From Callorhinchus milii (taxonomy: Eukaryota): a stretch of 64,000 bases of DNA. Below the pieces are notes generated by a model. That model was not told the origin of the DNA. It ran no database searches and was given only the letters and a program-made list of their open reading frames with translations. The translations under genes and the position numbers were made by a program. Below, piece after piece: positions 25,230-37,269 of the stretch; the stretch's first letter is position 1, and every line of letters begins with the position of its first letter. The stretch lies in assembly GCF_018977255.1 (NCBI RefSeq), contig NW_024704742.1, forward strand, positions 53,940,001 to 54,004,000. Direction: 5' to 3'.

Positions 25230-26900
25230 TCATTTTTTTAATCCTCCTTCCCAGTGAACTATCTTTCTGTTCCTCTTCCTACTTTTGCTCTTTGTGCCAT
25301 TTTGCTTTCAAAATTTTGCTTGTTCTGTGTTGGTTTCTTTTGCTAATATTCCTTATTCTATAAGTCTTACCTTGATCAAGTATGATCTCTTATGTCTTAA
25401 TCCTTTCCATTATTTTGCCTTTTATCCATATACCATTTTGGCTATTAATTTTTCTGAAGCAGATATTACCTCCAAAGGCTCTAGATCTTTTACAGTTTTA
25501 TTAGGCCATTTCTTGGCTTGTTCACTTCTTTCCTCTAGTTTCTTCTTCACTGCCTCTTTGAATTTTCGGTTTAAGCAGAATGCAAGCCATGGGTAAAATA
25601 CTCTTTAAATGTTCTTAAGACTAATATTTGTGCATATATTGAGCATATTGTGTGATATCTGCGTATTACTGTTTCTGGAGCAGAAACATTTCTGTTACTC
25701 CACTTTTTTCCACTTCAAATTATTGAGATCTCTAATCTCCACAATGATTTGTTCCTCTCCTTTGTACTGAAATACGTCTGTGCCAAGTTTTATCCCTAAA
25801 TATTCTGCTATTTTATGATTTATCAATGTTTCTTTTTGACTTCGATGTCTATGCTTAGCACATATCTCACAACTCTTGACACATTTTTGAATGTATTTTG
25901 TCATTCCAGACCAAAGTATTGGGTCTCTGGCTCTCTATTTAATTTTTTTATTCCCAATGTCCTGCATGTAAGTCTTTTTAACATTATTGGTATTACAATG
26001 TATAATAATTCTCCTCCTTTCTTACAAAATACCTTTGTATACTGACATCTCTTCCCTATACTGATAATAACCCCTCACTCTTTCTGGTACCTTTTTGTGG
26101 TTTCTGGCCACGTGGAGTCCTGTAGCTCAGTGGTCAGAGCACTCACCTCGCAAGCAAGAGACCTGGGTTTGATTCTCGGCAGGGCAAAATGTTGGGCAAG
26201 TTTCGTTACTCCACACACCTCTGTTTACCTAGGAGTAAGTAGGAACCCGGTTGTTAGTCGATTGGTAGATCATTTTTCCAGGGATAATAATTCCTTTAAA
26301 AAATAAAAAAAATTGGTCATTTTAATCCCTGACTGTTTGTGGGACACTGCTGTGCACAATTGGCTGCCATGTTTTGCCCACAAAATATACAGTCAAATCA
26401 ATTTACAATATATTCTGTGAAGCGCTATGAGATGTCTTGAAGACGTGATAAGACGCTATGTCAAATGCGAGGATTATTATCTCTTCCCTATACTGGTAAT
26501 ATCCCCTCACTTCTTCTGGTGCCTTTTTGTGGTTTCTGACTGTCTGATTTTAATGTATCTGATAGTATTCAAAACATTCTTTCCCTTTCCATGTGTTGTT
26601 TTACCTCTTCCTATCTATGATTAGAATCTTTTAAGTTTCTTGTTATATATAGCATCTGTGCTTCTATTTTGGCAACCATCTGTCTATCCTTATTCTTCTC
26701 ATCTTTCTGCACATAAGCTCTATTTAAAGCATCTGCCATATGGAGGTCCCTTCCTGGCCTACATCATAATATGATCCCATACTTCTATAGTCTGAATAGC
26801 AGCCTTTGAGTGGCAAAGCTTTCACTTCAAGTAGTTTGTTATCATTCTCATCTAGCAGATTTTTCCATATATGTATGATATAGCACTCTGAGACGCTACC
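25230..26900 (-). pseudogene. Ty3/Gypsy LTR-retrotransposon pol remnant (RNase H end, integrase Zn-binding and C-terminal parts)
   Basis: Minus-strand 26718-26810 reads 'QRLLFRL*KYGIIL*CRPGRDLHMADALNRA' (ADALSR motif). ORF 25695-25904 reads 'MTKYIQKCVKSCEICAKH...LGTDVFQYKG'. 'KTVKDLEPL' occurs near 25490. Confidence 0.8.
26112..26480 (+). mobile_element. tRNA-derived SINE, long subfamily, inserted in Gypsy pol
   Basis: Complete head, ctctgtttacctaggagtaagtaggaacccgg middle, and tail; flanked by a ~61-bp direct repeat. Confidence 0.92.
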
Positions 26901-27159
26901 CTGCGTGAAGGGTGTTATTTAAGTGGGTTATTATGAGTCTCACAACAACATTGCAGTGGGTATGTATAGGTCCTTGGGATTTGAAATTGAAAGGATTATT
27001 ATTTGAAACAAATGTTATTCACTTGGCAAAACATATTTTCAGGGACATCTGTTTGAACACATTGGAATAATATCACTGATACAGTAATTAGTTTGGGACA
27101 AAAGATAACTAAATGTAATTATGGAAAGTAATTTTGTTGAAGTTTTGACATATTAATTT

Positions 27160-27285
27160 ACTGTACTCAGTTGGCTAATCTATCTGGGTGGCAGTGACAG
27201 CACTGCAATTGGTCTTCATGTACCCCAGGCTATTGATGAGAAATCATCCAGGGTTTGAACTCCTGTTTGTTATCTAGTCCTGCTT
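27160..27285 (+). mobile_element. Ancient SINE fragment, possibly LF-SINE-related
   Basis: actgcaattggtcttcatgtaccccaggct...aaatcatccagggtttgaactcctg resembles, from memory, chondrichthyan LF-SINE-like repeats. Confidence 0.35.
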
Positions 27286-27287
27286 TA

Positions 27288-28100
27288 CTGGGAGCAGGGA
27301 GTCATCCCACGCAGCTCCTGTTAACCCTGCAAGCCTAAACCCTAACAGGTAGGATGGTCCAAGCTGTACAAGTAGCTGGAAGCTTGTCAGCCAGTGTTTT
27401 TGATAGCATACAATACAGTTTTAGCTGGTTGAACTCCAGCAGTACCCAAACACACACTCTGTGGTCCACAACCCTTGGCTCTCACCAATATGTGCCTAAT
27501 AATCTATGGAAATAGGTAAGCAGGCTGCAACCCTCCAGGGAGAAAATGTGCATTACTTTGCATTGACAGGGAAATTTTCAGGTGTACGTGGCCTGATTCA
27601 GTGTTAGCACTCTTACCTCTGAGTCAAAACGTTGTGAGTTCAAGACCCACATGGGGTTTTTAGAATCACATAATCTAATCTGACATTCCAATGCAGTGCT
27701 GAGGGGATGTTGCATTGTCAGAGTGCCATGCTTTGGATGAAACGTTAAATTAAGATCCTGTCTGCCTGTTCAGGTGGACATTATTCAAAAAGAGATGGGA
27801 GTTATTCCTGGTATCCTGACCAACAATCCCTCAGATAAAATTAGTCACTGACTCCATGGCTATTTGTGGGACATTCCTGTTGCAACTGGCTGCCACATTT
27901 CACCCACAAAATACAGTCAAAACCACCAGGGTATATACTGTGAAATGCTTTGAGACGTCTTGATGATGTGATAAAGTGCTATGTCAAATGCAAGAATTAT
28001 TGTTATTATTATATGTGGAATTTTCAGTCTAGTTTGAATAATCTTCAGCATGGTGATGGGTTTCAGCATGTGTCAGACACTCAGCTGACCCCCCCAAACA
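27288..28100 (-). repeat. Unnamed old repeat copy, split by a Deu-SINE
   Basis: 27288-27587 and 28015-28100 are reverse-complement collinear with 59940-60390. Confidence 0.75.
27588..28011 (+). mobile_element. Full-length Deu-domain SINE
   Basis: tRNA-like head (ttacctctgagtcaaaacgttgtgagttcaagacc), Deu core and L2 tail. Confidence 0.9.
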
Positions 28101-30391
28101 AGAGTGGTGCTTTACTGGAATGTGGTGTGAGTGTGTGCTTTTCAACCTTCACTTCAACACCCTTCAAAAGAGAACACCCTGACAAAATTGATTGCTATCT
28201 ATTCCATGAAGACTCGCCATGCAGTCAAGGTAATGAGAAAGCTGTAGAAATTGTACTCCAGTCTGGCTCATTCCTTTCAGGAGAGGAGAAAATCAAAGAA
28301 AGTTTGTGGATAATACTGCATTAAACTTATACTAAGGGAGTTGCCAAGAAGTCTGACTAATAGGTTAAAGGTAGATCTGTTGGAAAAAAATTAAACCAAT
28401 AACATGATACAACATATTAGCACAATGCTATGTTATTTGTCAGGTTGTTAGCAATAAGTGCAGTACCATTTTTTTGACATATGAATGATGTTTGATTTGT
28501 ATTCCACAGATTGGGCCTGAGCAATGTATTGTATTGCTTTTCTTTTAACAGTATGCAGCCCTATAAAGCTAATTTTGATCAATAATCCTGCCAATACCTT
28601 ACATCATGCAGGAAAAGTTTTCAACAATACCTTTATACTTTAGCAAAATGGAATTATTAACATTTTGAGATTTCTTTTAAATCACATCTTGTTCCCTTTT
28701 AAGTAATTTAATAATGAATTTGAGGAAGGGTGGTTTGAAATATAATCTTTAATTTTATGTAACTATACAATTTGCAGTGAGTCACCAGAGACTCTGATGT
28801 ACAGGATACAAATGATCAAAAGATATTAAATGATTTGCTATGACATTCAGTGAATCTGGACATTATTGCAAATTTCTGCAGGTCATCCACTGCAGTTTTA
28901 TTTCAGCTCATTTATATGTTTGCTGCTTGATTCAAAGCATTTTTTATAATGCCACAAAAAGGTGTCTCGCCATCCATTGCAACAATTATTGCCAGCTTTG
29001 ATGATTCAAGGACAACGAGCAAATTACCTCTTTGCCACAGAGCCAATGCTTTTAGAAAATTACCTGCAATTATCCTGAAATAAAATACAGGGCAAATAGC
29101 AGGTGACAGCCAACTCTGTCCTGGAAGCTGTCCATTGATGATGTAGAGCAGCAGAAAATGTGGTCATGTGTGTCAGTTGCTTTAGAAAAAGTTCACAGGT
29201 TTTTTAAAACAAAACATAGTTGCTGTCTGTTATACAGGAAGCAATGTAAATTTAAAGGGGCAATGAAAAAATGTTTGAGGTGGGAGAAAACCAAGAAGAT
29301 CTACAATATGTGAATCTACATCTATACAATATGCAACATTTGTATTTCACAAATAGTGTAACAAAGGCATGAAAAGATTGTTAGGAGGATCTCAGTGCTG
29401 CTGAGCTTTGTTCTGTTGGTTTGGTTGAAACATTTTTTTTAAAGTATGATATTCACATTTTAGAAAGTGACTTATATCCTTTACATTATTCCATCCAAAT
29501 GTGAATTTGGAAATTGTAATGGAATATTTAGCTAATTTTATTTATTTTATTTTATTTCTGTGGAAAGCTAATCTAATATACAGTAATACTGATTTCATGG
29601 AAAATGATCTCAAATCTAACTCACATACTTTTTCCAATTGACTAACTCTCGGATTCCCAGTCAAAACATATATCTGTCGTTGTAGAAGTGTCACCGTGTT
29701 TTGCTCCCAAGTCACGGTATAAATAAAATCTCCAAGGATTCTGTTACTATAAAACATGATATCATTTCTACAATGCACTCAAGAACAAATGAAGCAAATC
29801 ATACTTTGTTGCACATTTTGCATTCCATTCAATGGAAATTGCCTTCTAAATCAATTTACCTTTAAAAACTACTTGCTACACAAAACAGAATTTGCCACAT
29901 TCATACAGCACCTTGCAAACAACCTGCTGGAAATCTATCTGTGTGCCCTACACATCTCATTCATTGGCTGCCTCATAAATGCTGGCTTTGGCAAAGCTGT
30001 GAATCTACTGAATTGTATTTCATGCACTAGAGAAAGTTTTATTCATTTTGCAACAAGGTTTCTGGCAAAATGTGATGCTCCTATAATGAGGGTGAAAACG
30101 TGATATGCTAAACAGGAAGCACAACTACTACTGGAATTCAAATGTGTGTCATCCTATCCAACAGAACTCCACCTTAACGTGACCAGAAGTAGATCTTATC
30201 AAGATGGGTTTCCCATGGGAGTGTGAGCGTGACACTCATCAGATTATCAGGAGATGTCACTACTTTATAATAATATCTGTGTCTTCCTGTTACGAATAAG
30301 ACCAAGTTTCTGACATCTGTAGTGCAGTAGTCTTTGTCAATAGGAAAAAAAAGCACAGTTGTGGATAGAGATACTGGAACAACTCTTCTGC

Positions 30392-30470
30392 ATAAGAACA
30401 TAAGAGATGCTAGACAAAAGAAAGGCCAAGGTCCATCTAGTTCGTCTTCCACCTTCCTGGCAGTCACATG
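30392..30470 (-). mobile_element. CR1-type 3' tail
   Basis: Reverse complement gaactagatggaccttggcc...cttatgttcttat. Confidence 0.6.
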
Positions 30471-30884
30471 CATATACGTCCCGAACTACCTAGTTCTGCA
30501 ATGTCATGGACAAAATTGGATCTTTGGCAAGCCTCAATTTCGGAGATTTACACCTCAATTACTCTTCACAGTAAACTCCTGTGGAGCACTTTAAGATGTT
30601 TCAATGGTATGATGATATGATCAAGTGCAGCCAGAGAAGTGGGGTATGAGCTGGGCCCAATAGAAAAGTGTGACTGCAATTTTTCTGCGGAATCCTCTAT
30701 AAACAACACCTTCTGCGACAAACAAACCCCTCTGCTACAAACCGGTAAAAACTGTATGCGGCCCTGGGCCTCTGCACTGTTGTTTACTCAACGCTACTAT
30801 GGGCGGAGTGGCTCCGGACACACATACATGATGTGGAACGAGCGGGAAATAGCCTTCACTCACCCCAAGGCTCCACTGTTGTGA

Positions 30885-31100
30885 TTGTCTGTATGTCTGT
30901 GTGTGAATGTCTCTGTGAGTATGTCAATGTGTGTCTCTCTCTCCTATGTTTGTATGTATGTATGTAGGTGTATTTGTCACTGTGTCTCTCCTCTATATCC
31001 GTGCATGTGTGTTTATCAGTGTCTCATTCGGCCCTTTGAGCCGGGTTGGGGGCGGGGGGGGGGGGGGGGGGGGGGGGAGGGGGGATACAGTATTCCCCCC
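30885..31100 (+). repeat. Degenerate (GT)n tract followed by a long poly-G run
   Basis: Directly visible; G run at about 31049-31084. Confidence 0.9.
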
Positions 31101-31571
31101 TATGTCTCCAATAATTGTTTTGCAACAATCTAATATATGTTATTTCTTAATGTTTCGTTTTTATCAATAAAGTGAAAAAATATAGGTTGGCAGTAAAATG
31201 TACCTCAATAACACCAACCAAACCCCGCAATTTTCCATAACATCTCTATAAAATATTTCTGCAATTTTCTGTTGGCCCTGGGTATGAGGAACATAATGTG
31301 GTGTTTTCATCTCTCATACATATTAACCATTTAAGATACTTGGGGTGACTATAATGTACTATAATCCCAGCAAATACTTAAGAACATAGTTCTTAAACTT
31401 TCTGAAAAAACATAGCAAGCTCAAGAATGAAGTGACTGAAAAGAACTCAATATCATTGAGAGAACAAGTGCAGGAATTTCATATTTTTGTTTGTAGGTTC
31501 ATTATCATGTTAAAGCAAGGCAGCAGGAAGTATTCAGGAGGAAAAATGTTATGGCATAGAATGGGAAGAAT

Positions 31572-31828
31572 ATAATAATAATAATCCTTGTATTTAACAT
31601 AGTGTTTTATCACATCATTGAGACGTGTCAAAGTGTTTCACAGAATATACTGTAAAGTGAATTGACTTTTTTTATTATGTTTATATCCTTAAAAACTATT
31701 ATATTTCTATTATATATCATGTTATGGTTATTAAAGCTATGTCGGGTTATCCTTGCAGCATATTTTCTCAAAGGAATATATTATTTGTTACTCTATGTAT
31801 TACCTATTACCCTTTAATACAATAGACT
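31572..31828 (-). mobile_element. SINE tail with the shared AT-rich insert
   Basis: Same tail and insert as 20922-21206. Confidence 0.8.
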
Positions 31829-32919
31829 CATGGAATATGTTACCAGGCTTAGCCATTGTAGGGAATAGTAAAATACATTCAAACAACATGATAGGTTTCT
31901 TGGGAGAGAAATGTTTGAGGGATATGCTGACAAGAGAGATAGATGGCTGGGAATTAAAAAGAAACAGGTTTGTTGGGATATTACTGTCAATCTGGGCTTT
32001 GTGCTTTGAAATCTCTACCAGTCAACCCCCAAACCTGCTTCTCTCCACAGACAGCATTTTCACCATTAGCTTCATACTGTATTCCTTCATCACGTTGAAG
32101 AGAAATAAAAAACATAGCAAGCTCAAAAATGAAGTGACTGAATAGAAGGTTAAAACTAGCCTGAAGGCCAAACAGCAATATTTTGAAAGATACGAGGAAA
32201 TAAAAAGTAGTGAGAATGAAGGAGTAGTTTAAAAGACAGATGAGGTTAATTAAAAAGAGTTTTAGAGGACTAAAGAGAGTAATAAAAAGCAGATTGCTGA
32301 CAACAGCAAGTGGAATCTAAAGACTTATTTTAGCTATAGTAACTATAAACAAGTATAAAAGTTCATTACAGGATAGCTTAGGAAGAGATTGTATAGAAGA
32401 AGAGAAGAAACCTATGTTAAAAAATATTTTAAATGAGTTTTCACATCTGAACATCTGAAGATTGTGGCCAAATTCTCGAATTCTAGTGCTCCAAGACACA
32501 ACTTCGGATGAAGGAAGCTATACCATGAAAGTTTTTGTTGTAGATCCGGTCAATTCAGCTGAGAAATCTTAAATACAAGTAAATATCAATAGAAATTACA
32601 AAGAAATTAAAATAATTGAATATATAGAAAGTAAAAAGGACAGACGGAATACAATGTATGATCCTCAAGGAAATGTGACAGGGAAGTAGGCAAGGTTCTG
32701 GGCAATATTGTTGAGAACTCTATAAATAATAGAGCTATATTTGAAGATTGGATCATAACAAATGCTGCTCTGCATTCCAAAGGAAAGTGAAACACGAGTC
32801 TGGAAATTATGGAGCATTTACAACAACAACTTGCATTCATACAGAGCCCTTCTATCAGGGTAGATTATTGGAGTGCATTTAGTCTAATAAACGTGATGGT
32901 AAAATACTTGACAGTATTA

Positions 32920-33265
32920 TATAATAATAATAGCAATAAATAACAATAGTAATCATTGCATGTGATTTAGTACTTCATCACATCGTTGTAGCATCTCAAA
33001 GTGTTTCAAAGGATCTATAATAATGTGCAATGACTGTGTAGGTGAACATAGCAGTCAATTTGTGCACAGCAATGACAAACAACCATGAAATGACCAACCA
33101 ATTTTTTTACCTGGGGGATTCTTTTCAAATAGTGCCATGGGATCTTTAACGTTCACTTGAGCAATCAGGCAGGACCTCAGTTTAACGTCTCATCGAAGAA
33201 CAGTCCCTCCGATAATCCAACACTCCCCCAGCACTGCAATTGAGTGTCAGCCTTGACAGTAAGCT
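32920..33265 (-). mobile_element. Deu-domain SINE
   Basis: tcaaatagtgccatgggatctttaacgttcac...tttaacgtctcatcgaa is the reverse-complement Deu core. Confidence 0.85.
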
Positions 33266-33266
33266 T

Positions 33267-33410
33267 AAAACACAAAATATTGCACATGCTGGAATCTGGA
33301 ATCTTCGTTCTGACGAAGGGTCGTGGACCCGAAACGTTGACTCACTTTCCTTTCTCCGTAGATGCTGCCTGACCTGCTGAGTTTTCCCAGTTCTCTCTGT
33401 TTTTGTTTCA
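33267..33410 (+). mobile_element. Penelope-like terminal-repeat fragment with a minimal hammerhead ribozyme core
   Basis: CTGACGA-A-GGGTC-gtg-GACCC-GAAAC-GTT, followed by gatgctgcctgacctgctgagt as in shark Penelope-derived repeats. Confidence 0.75.
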
Positions 33411-35119
33411 GTAAGTTTTAAGTCCTCTTGTATGAACACTATGCTATAATTAGGAGCAGTGATTATGGATTTAGAAGCAAAAGGCCATGTATGCCTCACA
33501 AATCTACTCAAATTCTGAGGAAGGAACTAAATTCTAATAGCACAAATGAGAGTTATCTGGAGGATTAAATTCTACATGTGCAACTTTTATCATAGATATC
33601 AAAATGCTCCAAGACATTATCCTATGTAAAAGGCACTATATAAAGGCACGTTGTCGTTGTTTTAGATAAGTCTCAGATAACAGTCATAGAAAAACTGATA
33701 CATGAATTAAATAGATTCAAAACCATCTTAGCAATAAGAAGCAGAAGATGATAATAATAAATGAGAAAAAACTGTCTGAGGAAAATAATTAATAGAGATA
33801 CATAGGGCCTGTTGAGGATTCCCTACTATTTAACACTATTCATAAATAGCTCAGTGGTAAATACTTCATGCATCACTTAAATCTGCTTGTGATAATAAGT
33901 TATGTTGGCTCATGGATGAACAATATGAGCATTAAAATATCCAGGCAGATTTGAGCCCATCGGGGTTGAGCAGAGGAATAACACGCAGAAGAATAACACC
34001 CAGAATGTACATAAATGTAATGCATACAAAGATTTGTGTACAAAATGACTATTGATCATTCATTTGAGGTTACTGTCAATGAGGCTAATCAAATGCTAGG
34101 TTAGATCTTATATGATAATAATAATTATACTTGTATTTAGTTTTAATTGTAATAATTATATTTTGCATTTTAATAATCATACGCCTGAAGATCTTTTTCT
34201 TCAACAGTGTTTCCTGTCATCTCTTCACTATCCCCCGACTCAGTGTCAGGTTCTGAGACTCTACCCCAAGTGAAGGGCGCTAGTTTTTGTATTTTGATAT
34301 AGATCACAGCTGCAGCTATATATAGAGTTACAATATGTCATGTATATATGTATATATAATATATACACATATATATTGGAGAGCGAGTACAGAAAGTAAT
34401 CAGGATGATTCCAAGATTTACCATGTCTAAGGATGCAATAATGCTGTATGACTGGCTGTCGATTACATAGATCCTAATACTACCAAATTTGTTCTAAGAA
34501 TTTGCCTGTGACAATGGTCACATCACTTCTCAGGTATATTCTGTGAAATGCTTGGAGATATCCTCCTGACGCAAAGGGCATTATATTAGTTGCAAAGATT
34601 AGTAGTAATAATAATAATATTAATAATATAAATAAATGTGCTGCATAAATGAAGTGCCAAACAGCATGAATCATGCTGGAAATACTCTTGAAATCCCCCA
34701 AAGGAGGTGATGTCAGAAGTGATGTGAGTTACACCAGTTTGGTATAAATGCAGCTGACTTCAATTGCACCAGGATTGCTTCCCCAGTTCAATTTTCAGCA
34801 GCTCGTGGAGCATCCCATATATGGTGCGGAAACTGTGTCAATTAATCATTGTTAACATTAGCTGGCCAGATCTTCAACATTGTTATTAACTGAAATACCC
34901 AATTAAAGGCAGAAACCCCAAAATTATGCAGGGGGGTTGTTCTCTGCCTAATGACAATTTTGCAGTATAAACCTGGCTTCCCCCTGCATGTCACTAAACA
35001 GCTGAGAGTGAACAGCTTCACTCCCAGTATTCTAAGCACTCTGTAATTTTGAAAGAGAAGCTCACCAAACTGAACTTTATCTCATAGGGATAAAGAATGT
35101 TTTGGGGAAGAGAGAAACA

Positions 35120-35300
35120 TGATCCAGATCACCCCTCAACCTTCTTTGTTCCAGCAGAAAAAGTCGCAGTTCCTCAAGTCTCCTGTTATAGAGCAAACCA
35201 TCATCCCCGGTATCATCCAAGTAAATCTCCTCTGCACCCCCTCTTTCACCTTGATGTCTTTCCTAAAGTGGGGTGACCAATATTGGACACAAAATTCTAA
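35120..35300 (-). mobile_element. CR1 ORF2 3' fragment
   Basis: gtaaatctcctctgcaccccctc...gtggggtgaccaatattggacacaaaattc ('EFCVQYWSPH' on minus). Confidence 0.75.
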
Positions 35301-36385
35301 CTGGAATGGGAGGGAAGAAAAAACATCTCTCTCTGATTTAGGCTTGGAAAATGTAACCTGCTTCTAATCGCATAAATCTTTGCTGAAGGATATATTTGTA
35401 GATGTCCGATAAGAGCAGGAATGGCTCAGCTTGCTGTTCCCTGCAGTCAAACAGCTTACACATAAATAGTGGTTAAGATATTGGAGGGTACCATGGAATT
35501 GTAGTACAGTGGAAGAGAATAAAAGAGAATCAAACATTTTCAGCAGGGGGGAAAAAATACAGAATAAAGCAAAACCCATAATTAGTAAATTAAAATAAAT
35601 ATAATAATAATCCTTGCATCCAGTTGCACACAGCACAATCATGCACAGCTGAAAACAACGTGCTAGATAACTTGTGAAACACAGCCATGTGGTACAACTT
35701 TATTTTTGGGGAATTGTCAACTAGGACACCAGAAAAAACTCCCTTCTCTTTTCGAATAGTGCCAGGGAATCATTAATGTCCACCTGAACATGCAGCAGGA
35801 CCTCGCTTTTAAAAAAGGACTCTTTTGGATATTATTTCTTTCAGACTGACATTTATTTTCATATGCTGCCGTTTCTAGTTTAAATTTTAAGATGGCTGTC
35901 TGATTCTGATTCAATAGAACATAAAGAATGTGCCCAATGCAATGGATGACTGATTTGCTTGGATATCTGATATCTATTATTATAGAAGTATGCTTCCAAA
36001 AGTATTGTATGGTATCTATTGATCAGACAGGTACATGGACTAGTGGTTCATGATTGATTAGCTGAAATAATCCAATTGTTGTAGTTTTCTTTATTTTACT
36101 AATACTCAAATTCTGATTCAGGCAATATACCTATCTGGATGGCATCAAAAGCATTGGAGTTTCCTTTTATAGTTTACCACACTTTTGATACTCAGCTATT
36201 TTAATCTCAATCTTGTTCTGCGTCTTGCTGTGCGTCAATTACTCCTTGAAAAATAACTAGATGAGCACCTGCTTGAGAACAACATTGTATTATATCGGGT
36301 AGAATTGAAGAAAATATCGAAGAAAATTAATCCCATTCATTAAACATCATATTTTCACATTTATTTTGATTTAGTGTATGTGTCA

Positions 36386-36838
36386 GTCTAGCTCAGTGGT
36401 AGCAATCTCACCTCTGAGTCAGAAGGCTTTGGATTGAAACCTCATATCAGGACTTGGAAACACATAGTCTAAGATGACACACCAATGCAGTGCTGGGGGT
36501 GTGTTGCATTGTCGGAGGTGGCATCCTTCAGAGGAGACATTAAACCAAGGTTCCATCTGCCTGTTCAGGTGGACTTTAAAGATCCCACAGCACTGATCGA
36601 AAAGAAAAGGGAGTTGCTCTGGTGTCCTGGCTAATAAATTCCACATGTAAAATTGGTCACTCCCACACACAGCCATAAAATATAGCTGTTTGTGAGAAAT
36701 TGCTATGCACAATAGTGCTGTCGTGTTTTGCCCACAAAATACAGTCATCCACTTCACAGTATATCCTGTGAAGCTCTTTGAGACATCTGAATAATATAAG
36801 TCGCTATATCAAACACAAGGATTATTCAGGATTATTAT
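36386..36838 (+). mobile_element. Full-length Deu-domain SINE
   Basis: tagctcagtggtagcaatctcacctctgagtcagaagg head, Deu core and tail. Confidence 0.92.
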
Positions 36839-37269
36839 ACTGTTTAGAACTACAAAAATGTGTGTCTGCTTGGCTCTGAGATTGCCATTGACATCACTGA
36901 TGTCATTTCCTGTATGTTGGAGAGGCAATGTCACCAACATTACTTCCTGAATGGAGGAAGTAACAGTAGAGATGCACACAGCACAGTAGGTGTCGTCTAC
37001 AGAAACCTTGTGGCCCAGAAGTTGCCCACTTTTGTAGTCGAAAAGGTAATTAAAAATCAATAAAAACATCAAGGCAAAATAAACATTGATATTATCCATT
37101 AATTTTTTTTAAATCTACATCAAAAAGTCTCGATATAGATATATAGACTGGGATGAACATATACTCCAAAAGACACAATGTGTTTGTGCTGCTAGTGGCA
37201 TAGGATGTGAAATATTTTCTGTGGTCAAGGAGGTCAGGCTTTAATAGAGTAGAGGGGTGGCATCAATAT

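Larger units (their letters stand above)
32100..34000 (+). mobile_element. Fragmented old CR1 ORF2, interrupted by younger elements
   Basis: 'LKECDREVGKVL...FEDWIITN' at 32664-32765; later cagaagatgataataataaatg...ccctactatttaacactattcataaat (degenerate QG.VLGPLLF region). Confidence 0.6.

Noticed and set aside
32505-32532. cggatgaagg...gaaag, a second hammerhead-like motif
   Set aside because: The core is mutated and stem II does not pair convincingly
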